From Candidatus Omnitrophota bacterium (GTDB taxonomy: Bacteria; Omnitrophota; Gorgyraeia; Zapsychrales; Zapsychraceae), in assembly GCA_022703565.1 (NCBI GenBank), contig JAKLDK010000001.1, forward strand, positions 8,017 to 72,016: 64,000 nt of DNA, written 5' to 3'. Positions within the stretch are counted from its first letter, which is position 1. Each line of letters opens with the position of its first letter. The translations under genes and the position numbers were made by a program. Below, in pieces: positions 38,298 through 47,346 of this stretch. Below the pieces are notes generated by a model that saw only the letters and a program-made list of their open reading frames with translations, ran no database searches and was not told the origin of the DNA.

Positions 38298-38960
38298 ATG
38301 GCTGTTACAAATAAAAACATTGGTGTCGTGATAAAGCTTTTAAGAAAAGGGATTGAACGATTTGAGGATCCGTCGGTAACTATGGTCGGGAGAAAATATC
38401 GTGATCCTTATTTGGTTTTGATTTCATGTATTTTGAGTTTGCGGACCAAAGACGAAACAACCATTCCGGCTTCGATGAGATTGTTTAATTTGGCAAAAGA
38501 CCCTAGAGCTATGTTAACCTTATCTGCTGAAAGAATTGAGAAGGCTATTTATCCGGTTGGATTTTTTCGCGTTAAAACGAGAAATATTTTAAGTATCAGC
38601 CAGAGCATTGTCCATGATTTTGGCGGAAAAGTTCCGGATGACTTGGATAAATTGCTTACTTTAAAAGGAGTGGGAAGAAAGACGGCCAACTTGGTTTTGA
38701 CCGAAGGCTTTAACAAGCTCGGCATTTGCGTCGACACTCACGTACATAGGATTTCTAACCGGATGGGCTATGTTAAGACAAAAACTCCTAATGAGACAGA
38801 GAATATATTAAGAAAACAATTGGCAGAGCAGTATTGGATTGAGTATAATGCGCTCTTAGTGGTATGGGGACAGAATATTTGCCGGCCTATTTCACCTTTT
38901 TGTTCAAAATGTCTTATTGAAAAATATTGCAAAAAAGAAGGCGTTATAAATAGCCGATAG
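38298..38960 (+). CDS. nth: Endonuclease III
   Basis: HhH-GPD LKGVGRKTANLVL, catalytic Asp (VDTHVHR), and a C-terminal 4Fe-4S cluster CX6CX2CX5C. Confidence 0.85.
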   Translation: MAVTNKNIGVVIKLLRKGIERFEDPSVTMVGRKYRDPYLVLISCILSLRTKDETTIPASMRLFNLAKDPRAMLTLSAERIEKAIYPVGFFRVKTRNILSISQSIVHDFGGKVPDDLDKLLTLKGVGRKTANLVLTEGFNKLGICVDTHVHRISNRMGYVKTKTPNETENILRKQLAEQYWIEYNALLVVWGQNICRPISPFCSKCLIEKYCKKEGVINSR

Positions 38961-38970
38961 AGTATTTTTT

Positions 38971-40269
38971 ATGAAATTCTTTATTTATTTTTCAGAATTA
39001 CTTGACTATAAGGTTTATGATTCCAAGGGAATGTATTTAGGGCAAATCCATGATTTGTCAATGCACATTACCGAGGAAATTTTCCCCCGCACGATAGGTG
39101 TTGTTGTCCGGCGGGGATTTTTGTTTAAAGAATATGTTAATGTCCCGATTGAGGTTGTTGAGCCGTATTATGAAGGTAAAATAAAGCTAAAGATAAAAAC
39201 GGCTGATTTAAAGTTTGTGAAAAAACAAATTCGTTGTGATTTTTCTCTCTCCCGGGATATCCTGGATCAACAAGTGGTTGATACTGACGGCCATAAGGTA
39301 GTCCGGGTTAATGATGTTCATTTGTTGATTGTTGAGAATATATTATACTTGGCGCATGTTGATGTGGGGACAAAAGGAATAATCCGCCGTCTGGGGTGGA
39401 CTAATGTAGTCAGAGGTGTCGTCGAATTCTTTATTCCCAATACTAATTATTTTAAGCAAGAAAAATTGATTTCTTGGAAAAACACCCATCCGATTCATAT
39501 TGGCCCCAAAAAGAATCTTTTACAAACTGATATTGCCCGTCAGAAATTAGCGCGCATACCGGTTGCTGAACTCGCGGATATTATGGAAGAGCTGGATATT
39601 TTTGAGAAATTGGCTTTATTTAAAACTTTTAGTGTGGAAATGCAGCGGGTTGTTTTCGCGGATATGTCGATACAGGAGAAAGAAGAGTTGATTGACCAGC
39701 TTGATGACCGGGAAGCGAGCAGCCTTTTGGAAAATATCCCTTCGGATGAAGCAACTGACCTTTTGCACAGTATCTCGCGAGATAAATCTACAAATTTAAT
39801 GCGATTAATGCATTCCCAATCTTCAAAAAAGCTACATAAGCTTTTGGGCTTTGAACAAAATACTGCCGGCGGGTTAATGACGACCGAATATTTATCTTTA
39901 CCGCAAAATGCATTGGTTAAAGACGCACTAGATAAAATAAAAGAGAATGCCGACCAGAGTAAATTTCCGGGAAATATAAATAGTATATATTTGGTGGATG
40001 AACAGAGTAGGCTTGTTGGGACGACAATTCTCCGCAGGTTTATTAATTCTGACCCGCAATCGTCACTGAGCAGCACTTGCCTTAATTCTAATGTTTCGGT
40101 TAAGACCGAAGATACGATTGAGGAAATAGCGTTGTTGATAGAAAAATATAAGTTTATATCAATCCCGGTTGTTGATGAAAACAATATTTTACAAGGGGTT
40201 ATAACTACCGACGATGTTATGGAAGAGCTGATTTCTTTGGCTTGGAAGAAATACAAAGATCAATTATAA
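38971..40269 (+). CDS. Soluble 2xPRC-barrel - MgtE_N - CBS-pair protein (MgtE cytoplasmic sensor module without a pore domain)
   Basis: Two PRC-barrel-like repeats (KVYDSKGMYLGQIHDL and QVVDTDGHKVVRVNDV), then the MgtE_N helical domain (ELADIMEELD...), then tandem CBS (TAGGLMTTEY..., ITTDDVMEEL). No TM segments. Confidence 0.7.
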   Translation: MKFFIYFSELLDYKVYDSKGMYLGQIHDLSMHITEEIFPRTIGVVVRRGFLFKEYVNVPIEVVEPYYEGKIKLKIKTADLKFVKKQIRCDFSLSRDILDQQVVDTDGHKVVRVNDVHLLIVENILYLAHVDVGTKGIIRRLGWTNVVRGVVEFFIPNTNYFKQEKLISWKNTHPIHIGPKKNLLQTDIARQKLARIPVAELADIMEELDIFEKLALFKTFSVEMQRVVFADMSIQEKEELIDQLDDREASSLLENIPSDEATDLLHSISRDKSTNLMRLMHSQSSKKLHKLLGFEQNTAGGLMTTEYLSLPQNALVKDALDKIKENADQSKFPGNINSIYLVDEQSRLVGTTILRRFINSDPQSSLSSTCLNSNVSVKTEDTIEEIALLIEKYKFISIPVVDENNILQGVITTDDVMEELISLAWKKYKDQL

Positions 40270-40271
40270 AA

Positions 40272-41534
40272 ATGTTCAAAAACATATTAAATAAAATTAA
40301 AAGTTCAAAAATATTTAGGAACCTATTTTTCTTTTTTGCTGTTATGGGCCCTGGGGTAATTACGGCTAATGTTGATAATGATGCCGGCGGTATCGCTACC
40401 TATTCTTTGGCCGGAGCCCATTTTGGATATTCTTTGGTGTGGTCTATTCTGCCGATTACAATCGCGTTAATTATCGTGCAGGAGATGTGCGCTCGAATGG
40501 CAGTTGCCACAGGGAAAGGATTGGCTGATCTTATTCGCGAGAATTACGGGGTGAAGGTAACGTTTTATCTCATGGTTGTTTTGTTTTTTGTTAATTTGTC
40601 GAACGTAATGGCTGAGTTTGCCGGAATAGCTATAAGTTTGGAAATATTTAATGTCAGCCGATGGTTTTCTGTTCCTATCTCGGCGTTTTTGGTGTGGATT
40701 TTAATTGTTAAAGGAAATTATAAGTCGGTTGAAAAAATATTTTTGTTTGCCTGCCTTTTTTATGTTGCCTATATTATTTCCGGATTTTTAGCCAAGCCCG
40801 ACTGGAATAATGTTATTCACCAGTCAGTCTCGCCGACAATTGATTGGAATGTCGCTTATCTTGTGATGTTGGTCGGGCTCGTTGGAACAACGATAGCCCC
40901 CTGGATGCAGTTTTATCTGCAATCTTCCGTTGTGGAAAAAGGCGTTACCGCCGAAGAATACAAAAATACGAAACTGGATGTTATTGAGGGCGGAATAATC
41001 GCACCGTTAGTTGCGTTTTTTATTGTTCTTTCTTGTGCGGCGACATTGTTTAATTCGGGAATAAAAATTGAATCTGCGGCTGATGCCGCTTTGGCCTTAA
41101 AACCTTTGGCTGGGAAATATGCCAGTTGGCTTTTCGCTTATGGTCTTTTCAATGCTTCAATATTCGCCGCATCCGTTTTACCGTTGTCAACTTCTTACAG
41201 CATTTGCGAAGGTATGGGCTGGGATACTGGGATTGATAAAAGGTTTAATGAAGCTCCGCATTTCTTTTGGCTGTATACGATAATGATTGTAATTGGTGCG
41301 AGCGTAATTCTAATTCCTAATTTTCCTTTACTTAAGGTTATGTATTTTTCGCAAGTAGGAAACGGTGTTCTTTTGCCTGTTATTTTAATTTATATGGCTC
41401 GGCTAATAAATAATAAAGAGATAATGGGTGATTTTGTTAATTCCCGCCGGATGAATATTATAACTTGGATTACGGTATGGCTCGTAATTATATTAACTCT
41501 TGCCATGGTTTTCTTCACGCTGACTCAAGGTTAA
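40272..41534 (+). CDS. NRAMP/SLC11-family transporter with NRMT-type (Mg2+) binding-site substitutions
   Basis: Start taken at the ATG at 40272 (MFKN...); the ORF-track TTG start at 40242 overlaps the upstream CDS. NRAMP TM1 GPG...TYSLAGAHFGY. Canonical DPGN is replaced by DAGG. Canonical TM6 GA(T/V)VMPHN is replaced by GTTIAPWM, so the selectivity Met becomes Ala and the Ala becomes Thr. Confidence 0.7.
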   Translation: MFKNILNKIKSSKIFRNLFFFFAVMGPGVITANVDNDAGGIATYSLAGAHFGYSLVWSILPITIALIIVQEMCARMAVATGKGLADLIRENYGVKVTFYLMVVLFFVNLSNVMAEFAGIAISLEIFNVSRWFSVPISAFLVWILIVKGNYKSVEKIFLFACLFYVAYIISGFLAKPDWNNVIHQSVSPTIDWNVAYLVMLVGLVGTTIAPWMQFYLQSSVVEKGVTAEEYKNTKLDVIEGGIIAPLVAFFIVLSCAATLFNSGIKIESAADAALALKPLAGKYASWLFAYGLFNASIFAASVLPLSTSYSICEGMGWDTGIDKRFNEAPHFFWLYTIMIVIGASVILIPNFPLLKVMYFSQVGNGVLLPVILIYMARLINNKEIMGDFVNSRRMNIITWITVWLVIILTLAMVFFTLTQG

Positions 41535-41583
41535 ACGCGTAATTTTATAAAAAACAATAAAAAAATTTGCATTATTAATTTAA

Positions 41584-41605
41584 TTGTGATAAAAATGTAT
41601 CACAA
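41584..41605. promoter_or_regulatory. Perfect 8-6-8 palindrome TTGTGATA-aaaatg-TATCACAA (candidate operator)
   Basis: Exact inverted repeat containing TGTGA...TCACA half-sites, in an AT-rich gap between the NRAMP gene and a downstream terminator. Confidence 0.4.
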
Positions 41606-41688
41606 TATAAATATTAAATTTGTAAGTTAAAATAATTTGTCGCAAAGAAAGGAAGAAAGAAGAGAATAAAATGAGATTTTAATTTCAA

Positions 41689-41727
41689 GGAGCCAGTAAC
41701 CATAGATTTTTGGGGCTCCTTTTTTTA
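41689..41727 (+). terminator. Intrinsic terminator
   Basis: GGAGCC, 17-nt loop, GGGCTCC, followed by TTTTTTTATTT. Confidence 0.8.
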
Positions 41728-41756
41728 TTTCTTTTTTGCTTTATAAAAGGTCAGAA

Positions 41757-42755
41757 ATGGGAAAAATAGTTGGAATAACATATGATTTAAAAGAGGACTG
41801 GAAGTTTAAAGAGGGCGATCCTAAGGATGCCAATGCCGAATTAGACCAGCCCAAAACAATCGATGCTATCGAAAAAGCATTGATTTCCAGCGGGCATAAA
41901 GTAAAACGCCTCGGAAATGCCTTTAATCTTTTAAAGCAAATAAATGATTTGGGAGTCGATATTGTTTTTAATATCGCCGAAGGGCATCGTGGGCGCAACC
42001 GTGAGTCGCAAGTCCCGAATATTTTAGAGATGTATGACATTCCTTTTGTCGGAGCAGACGCTTTAACGCTGGGGTTGACGCTGGATAAGATTGTAGCGAA
42101 AAAAATGTTTATTTCTGAAGGAATTCCCACTCCTAAGTTTTTTGCGGCTACAGGAAAAGAAGATTTGAAGAAATTAAATACAATTGGATATCCGTTGATT
42201 GTAAAAACAAAACACGAAGGCTCGTCAAAAGGTATTGATAAAAATGCCCGAGTCGAGAGTTTGGAGGCTTTAAAGGCTCGTGTAAAATATATTAATGAAA
42301 ATTATCATCAGGTGGCATTAGTTGAGGAATTTATCCGCGGTACGGAGGTAACTGTTCCGGTTATGGGTAATGATAATCCGGAAGCGATGCCGGTTGTTCA
42401 AGTCTGCATGGACAATAGCGTTGAGCTCGGCGACAAATTCTATTCTTTTGAAAGATTAAGCGTGCAAGCCGCAACTTTAACTTATGTTTGTCCTGCAAAA
42501 ATATCAAAAAAATTAGAAAAACAACTACAAGAAATTGCATTAAGAGTCTATAATTGTGTTGGATGCAGAGATTTTGGCAGAGTTGATTTTAGGATTGATG
42601 AAAAAAACAATCCTTACGTTTTGGAAATAAATCCTTTGCCATGCTTAATTCCGGAAGATACTTTTGGTATTTTCCCGCCGACAATCGGCTTGACATATAA
42701 TGATATTGTGAACAAGATTTTAGATAATGCTTTAAAGCGTTACAATATTTTATAG
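41757..42755 (+). CDS. ATP-grasp ligase of the D-alanine--D-alanine ligase family
   Basis: Ddl-like N-domain. ATP-grasp motifs IGYPLIVKTKHEGSSKGI, EEFIRGTEVTVPVMGN and GRVDFRID...PYVLEINPLPCL. Start at the ATG at 41757. Confidence 0.75.
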   Translation: MGKIVGITYDLKEDWKFKEGDPKDANAELDQPKTIDAIEKALISSGHKVKRLGNAFNLLKQINDLGVDIVFNIAEGHRGRNRESQVPNILEMYDIPFVGADALTLGLTLDKIVAKKMFISEGIPTPKFFAATGKEDLKKLNTIGYPLIVKTKHEGSSKGIDKNARVESLEALKARVKYINENYHQVALVEEFIRGTEVTVPVMGNDNPEAMPVVQVCMDNSVELGDKFYSFERLSVQAATLTYVCPAKISKKLEKQLQEIALRVYNCVGCRDFGRVDFRIDEKNNPYVLEINPLPCLIPEDTFGIFPPTIGLTYNDIVNKILDNALKRYNIL

Positions 42756-42762
42756 GAGAATA

Positions 42763-43950
42763 ATGGGCCCGTTAAAAGGATTTAATAATAAAACTCAGGA
42801 AAGCATCCCCGCAGAAAGAAACACAATAAACCTTACCAGAAAAGAATCCCGTTTTATTGATTTTTACGAAGAAGCAACAGCGCTTGATTGGGAAGATTGG
42901 CGTTGGCAACTTAGAAATAGAATTACGACCGAAGAACAGCTTTCTAAAATAGTTGGCTTGGTCGATGAAGAAAAAGCCGGGATAGAAGGCTGCGGTAAAA
43001 AGCTTAACATGGCGATTACCCCATATTTTGCATCACTCATGGATCCTAAAAACCCTAATTGTCCGGTTCGATTGCAATGTGTCCCCCGAGGTGCGGAGTT
43101 ACAAGTGGCCGAGGATGAAATGATTGACCCTTGCGGAGAAGAAAAAGATTCTCCCGTAGAGGGATTGGTGCACCGTTATCCGGACCGTGTTTTATTCCTG
43201 GTTAGTGAAATGTGTGCGACATATTGCCGTCATTGTACCCGCTCCAGAATTGTTGGCGAAGGAAAAAGAAAGCTTGGCCCCAAAACATATAAAAAAGCTT
43301 ATGATTATATACGCGCAAACAAAAATATCCGCGATGTCTTAATTTCCGGCGGAGATCCTCTTTTATTAAGCGATGAAGTATTGGAAGATATCATTAAAAA
43401 TATCAAAGAAATTCCGCATGTTGAAATGGTTAGAATCGGTACTCGAGTGCCGGTTACTTTGCCGCAGAGAATCACGGAAGATTTAGTTAAGATGCTTAAG
43501 AAATATTCTCCGATTTGGATGAGCATTCATTTTAATCATTATAAAGAAATTACCAAGCGTGTTAAATATGCCTGTGAAATGTTGGCTGATAACGGGATTC
43601 CTTTAGGAAGCCAAACAGTTTTGTTAAAAGGCATTAATGATGCTCCGTCGGTAATGAAGAAATTAATGCATGAACTTTTGCAGATTAGGGTTAGGCCGTA
43701 TTATATTTATCAATGTGACCCTATTGTTGGCTCAAAACACTTCAGGACGAAAGTTTCGACCGGAATTAATATTATGGAAAACCTTCGTGGACATACTACC
43801 GGCTATGGCGTTCCTACCTATGTAATTGATGGCCCTGGCGGAGGGGGCAAAATTCCCATAGCTCCGAATTATATCGTTTCTTATGAAAAAGGGCATTGTA
43901 TTATAAGAAACTTTAAGGGTGAGCAGTATCATTATAACGACCCGCTTTAA
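42763..43950 (+). CDS. kamA: Lysine 2,3-aminomutase (KamA-family radical SAM)
   Basis: Radical SAM CATYCRHCTRS, GGDPLLL motif, KamA-type N-terminal WEDWRWQLRNRI. At 395 aa it is full-length KamA rather than the shorter EpmB. Confidence 0.8.
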   Translation: MGPLKGFNNKTQESIPAERNTINLTRKESRFIDFYEEATALDWEDWRWQLRNRITTEEQLSKIVGLVDEEKAGIEGCGKKLNMAITPYFASLMDPKNPNCPVRLQCVPRGAELQVAEDEMIDPCGEEKDSPVEGLVHRYPDRVLFLVSEMCATYCRHCTRSRIVGEGKRKLGPKTYKKAYDYIRANKNIRDVLISGGDPLLLSDEVLEDIIKNIKEIPHVEMVRIGTRVPVTLPQRITEDLVKMLKKYSPIWMSIHFNHYKEITKRVKYACEMLADNGIPLGSQTVLLKGINDAPSVMKKLMHELLQIRVRPYYIYQCDPIVGSKHFRTKVSTGINIMENLRGHTTGYGVPTYVIDGPGGGGKIPIAPNYIVSYEKGHCIIRNFKGEQYHYNDPL

Positions 43951-43995
43951 GTATTAGATATAATATAAGCCATACCTATTGTTAAAATCAAATCG

Positions 43996-44026
43996 TTGAC
44001 AAAAAAACTATCCCTATGCTATTATA
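43996..44026 (+). promoter_or_regulatory. Sigma70-type promoter of rpsU
   Basis: TTGACA (43996-44001), 18-bp spacer with a TGc extended element, TATTAT (44020-44025). Confidence 0.5.
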
Positions 44027-44163
44027 TCCCGTCTTTAAGGCATAAAAGCTGGGCAAAAATTGAAGTTATTGCCAGAGAACATTATAAAAAAGATTTACTT
44101 TCGGTTTAAACCTAATATAATATTGGCGCATTTAAGATAAAAAGAAAAAGGCGGTGAATTTAA

Positions 44164-44328
44164 ATGATAGAAGTAAAAATATCGGACAGTATGAATTTTG
44201 AAAAGGCAATGCGCATTTTCAAAAAAGCTTGTCAGAAAGACGGTTTTATGATGGAACTAAAAGATCGTAGATATTACAGCAAGCCATCTGAAAAAAAACG
44301 TCATAAGATGAAGAAAAAAATCAGATAA
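44164..44328 (+). CDS. rpsU: 30S ribosomal protein S21
   Basis: A 54-aa basic protein, MIEVKISDSMNFEKAMRIFKKACQKDGFMMELKDRRYYSKPSEKKRHKMKKKIR, matching the bS21 pattern (FK+aC.K.G...E...R.YEKPS..+R). Not in the ORF track because it is under 60 aa. Confidence 0.75.
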   Translation: MIEVKISDSMNFEKAMRIFKKACQKDGFMMELKDRRYYSKPSEKKRHKMKKKIR

Positions 44329-44332
44329 TTAA

Positions 44333-44361
44333 CGGGGAGCCTTAGGCTCCCTTATTTTTTT
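44333..44361 (+). terminator. Intrinsic terminator after rpsU
   Basis: GGGGAGCC-TTA-GGCTCCC followed by TTATTTTTTT. Confidence 0.8.
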
Positions 44362-44412
44362 CAATTCGTTTTTCCCACGAGAAGAATATAACCACAAAAT
44401 AAGGGCAATTTT

Positions 44413-45969
44413 ATGCTAAAGGTAAAAAGGGCTTTAATCAGTGTTTCTGATAAAACAGGTATAATTAAATTTGCGCAAGGCTTACAATCTTTAGGGGTAG
44501 AGATTTTATCTACCGGCGGTACAGCCAGCAAATTGCGAGAAAGCGGAATAAAAGTTATTGATGTTTCTGACTATACCGGATTTCCGGAAATGATGGATGG
44601 GCGGGTTAAAACACTACATCCCAAGGTTCATGCCGGAATATTAGCCGTACGTGATAATCCGGAGCATATGGCGAAGCTGAAAGAATTAAACATCGGATTG
44701 ATTGATATGGTGGTTGTAAATTTGTATCCCTTTGAAAGTGTGATTCAAAAGAAAAAAGTAAGTTTAGATGAAGCAATTGAAAATATTGACATCGGTGGTC
44801 CGGCGATGTTGCGTTCAGCCGCTAAGAATTTTAAACATGTCGCGGTTATTTGCAATCCGTTGCGTTATCAAAGCACATTAGATGAGTTAAATAAAAATAA
44901 CGGTCTTTTATCTGACTCGGTTTTATTTAATTTGTCGGTCGAAGCGTTTCAGCATACCGCTCGTTATGACGGAATTATTTCCAGCTTTTTAAGCAAGCGT
45001 TTAGGCGGGGATGAATTTTCCAGCCTGCCTAAAGAGATTCAGCTTAAATTTGCCAAGGTGCAAGATTTGCGCTATGGCGAGAATCCGCACCAAAAAGCCT
45101 CATTCTACCGTGATTTCGAAAGCAAGAAAGGTTTGGCTGATTTAAAGCAATTAAACGGAAAAGAATTGTCTTACAATAATATCTTAGATTTGAATGCTGC
45201 CATTGATTGTGTCAAAGATTTTGAAAACCCGGTCGCGGTTGTTATTAAACATAATAATCCTACTGGGATTTGTGAAGATAAGAATTTAGCTTCGGCTTTT
45301 AAAAAAGCTTTAGCTTGTGACCCGATTTCAGCGTTTGGCGGGATTATTGGATTTAATAAACAGGTTGATTTGCCGACTGCGCAAGCAATTTTCAAGAGCG
45401 GTTTCATGGAATGCGTAATTGCCCCGTCTTTCGATAAGGATGCTTTAGAAGTTTTAAAGGGAAAAAAGAATCTAAGGGTTGTTGAGGTTGATTTCAGCTC
45501 TTTGTCGGATAAGGATTTTGATTTTAAGCGAGTGCATGGCGGAATGTTGCTGCAGGAAAAAGACGCGCTACTTATTACTCAAAAAGAATTAAAGCCTGTG
45601 ACTAAGAGTAAACCGACGAAGAAACAAATTGAAGATATATTATTTGGCTGGAAGGTAATAAAGAATATTAAGTCTAACGCGATTGTTTTAGTTAAAGATA
45701 AAAAGGCTGTTGGAATCGGTTGCGGAAACACGTCAAGAGTAGAAAGTGTTAATGTCGCAATCAGGAAAGCCGGCAAATTGGCCAAAGATTCTATTTTGGT
45801 CTCAGAGGCGTTTATTCCGAAAATGGACAATGTCCAATTGGCGGTAAAAGCCAAGGTGAAAGTAATTGTGCAAACCGGCGGATCTATTGCTGATGAGGAA
45901 GTTATAAAGGCCGCGGACAAAGCGAAACTGGTCATGGTTTTTACCGGAGTTAGGCATTTTAAGCATTAA
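44413..45969 (+). CDS. purH: Bifunctional AICAR transformylase / IMP cyclohydrolase
   Basis: MGS-like N-domain (ALISVSDKTGI) plus the AICARFT domain; 518 aa. Confidence 0.9.
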   Translation: MLKVKRALISVSDKTGIIKFAQGLQSLGVEILSTGGTASKLRESGIKVIDVSDYTGFPEMMDGRVKTLHPKVHAGILAVRDNPEHMAKLKELNIGLIDMVVVNLYPFESVIQKKKVSLDEAIENIDIGGPAMLRSAAKNFKHVAVICNPLRYQSTLDELNKNNGLLSDSVLFNLSVEAFQHTARYDGIISSFLSKRLGGDEFSSLPKEIQLKFAKVQDLRYGENPHQKASFYRDFESKKGLADLKQLNGKELSYNNILDLNAAIDCVKDFENPVAVVIKHNNPTGICEDKNLASAFKKALACDPISAFGGIIGFNKQVDLPTAQAIFKSGFMECVIAPSFDKDALEVLKGKKNLRVVEVDFSSLSDKDFDFKRVHGGMLLQEKDALLITQKELKPVTKSKPTKKQIEDILFGWKVIKNIKSNAIVLVKDKKAVGIGCGNTSRVESVNVAIRKAGKLAKDSILVSEAFIPKMDNVQLAVKAKVKVIVQTGGSIADEEVIKAADKAKLVMVFTGVRHFKH

Positions 45970-45978
45970 GTTTTTTAT

Positions 45979-47346
45979 ATGAAGCTTCAGGAAATTGATT
46001 CTTATTTAAATTCTTTCGTTAATTTTGAACGGCAATTACATTGCCTTTCCGGAAAAGATTTTTGTTTTGAAAGAATTTGCGCTCTTCTTAATCTGCTCAA
46101 TAACCCTCAGCAAAATTTTAATTGTGTCCATGTCGCTGGGTCAAAAGGCAAGGGTTCGACCGCTGTTTTTATTGCCAATATTTTATCAGCCGCCGGATAC
46201 AAAGTTGGGTTGTTTACATCTCCACATCTGTATGATTACAAAGAAAGAATTAGGATCTTGGATAAAAAGAGATCGTGTCCAGACAACAATGCTTTTTGCG
46301 GACTAATTCAGAATAAAGGATTGCTAAGAATATTGAATGACATCAGCCCTATTGTAGATAAATTTATTAAAACAAAGCTCGGGCAGGGGCTGACTTATTT
46401 TGAGATGTTAACTGCAATTGCTTTTGTTTATTTTTCCAAGGAAAGAATTGATATCGCTGTGCTGGAAACAGGGCTAGGGGGCAGGCTAGATGCAACCAAC
46501 GTCGGTAATTCAATTGTTTGTGCCATAACTCCAATAGGATTGGAACATACATCAATTTTAGGGCAGAACATATCAATGATTGCAAAAGAAAAAGCGGCAA
46601 TCATTAAATCAACGACGAAGAAAGCCGTTATTGCTCCGCAGAAAAAGGAAGCTTTGAGAGTAATTTTGAACCGATGCAAGCTTTTTAAAATTAAGCCGAA
46701 GCTTGTCGGGAAAAACATAAAGACGGCTTTAATTAAGCGTGATTTAAAAGAGCAAACTTTTAGCTATAAAAATCAAAATACTAATTATTCCAAACTAGTT
46801 ATAAAACTTTTAGGCCCGCATCAAATAAGCAACGCTAGTGTCGCAGTAGGAGTTATTGATGAACTTAAGTCTTTAGGATATAAAATTAGAGAAAAAGACA
46901 TTCCCGTCGGGTTAAAGCAGGCTATTTGGCCGTTGCGCTATGAAATTGTTTGGGGCAAAAGAATGTTTGTTTTAGATTCGGCGCACACAACAGAATCGGC
47001 CCGAAGTCTAAGCGAAACATTCAGGGAAATATTACCCGGGAAATTAGTCACGCTTGTTTTTGGTACTTCAGCCGATAAAGACGTAAAAGGCATTTGCTGG
47101 AATTTAAATAATATTGTAAAAAGGGTTATTGTGACCAAGGCGCATCATCCGCGGGCACTTGATTTTAGCTTAAAAGAATTAAAAGGATATTTTAAGGAAA
47201 AACTTATTTTGAAAACGGATGATTTAAGTGAGGCCATAAGAACTGCTTTAGAAAATACTCCCAAAGAAGACGTGATCCTAATTACCGGTTCAATATATTT
47301 TGCGGCGGAAGCAAGGAAAGTTTTAAAAAAGACCTATCATGTATAA
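45979..47346 (+). CDS. folC: Folylpolyglutamate synthase / dihydrofolate synthase (Mur-ligase family)
   Basis: P-loop VAGSKGKGST and Mur ligase middle/C domains; 455 aa. Confidence 0.8.
   Translation: MKLQEIDSYLNSFVNFERQLHCLSGKDFCFERICALLNLLNNPQQNFNCVHVAGSKGKGSTAVFIANILSAAGYKVGLFTSPHLYDYKERIRILDKKRSCPDNNAFCGLIQNKGLLRILNDISPIVDKFIKTKLGQGLTYFEMLTAIAFVYFSKERIDIAVLETGLGGRLDATNVGNSIVCAITPIGLEHTSILGQNISMIAKEKAAIIKSTTKKAVIAPQKKEALRVILNRCKLFKIKPKLVGKNIKTALIKRDLKEQTFSYKNQNTNYSKLVIKLLGPHQISNASVAVGVIDELKSLGYKIREKDIPVGLKQAIWPLRYEIVWGKRMFVLDSAHTTESARSLSETFREILPGKLVTLVFGTSADKDVKGICWNLNNIVKRVIVTKAHHPRALDFSLKELKGYFKEKLILKTDDLSEAIRTALENTPKEDVILITGSIYFAAEARKVLKKTYHV

Noticed and set aside
40242-40271. Longer TTG-initiated start for the NRAMP gene (ORF-track start at 40242)
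   Set aside because: It would overlap the preceding CDS by 28 nt and add a non-hydrophobic extension atypical for NRAMP N-termini. The ATG at 40272 was preferred. The choice does not affect interpretation.
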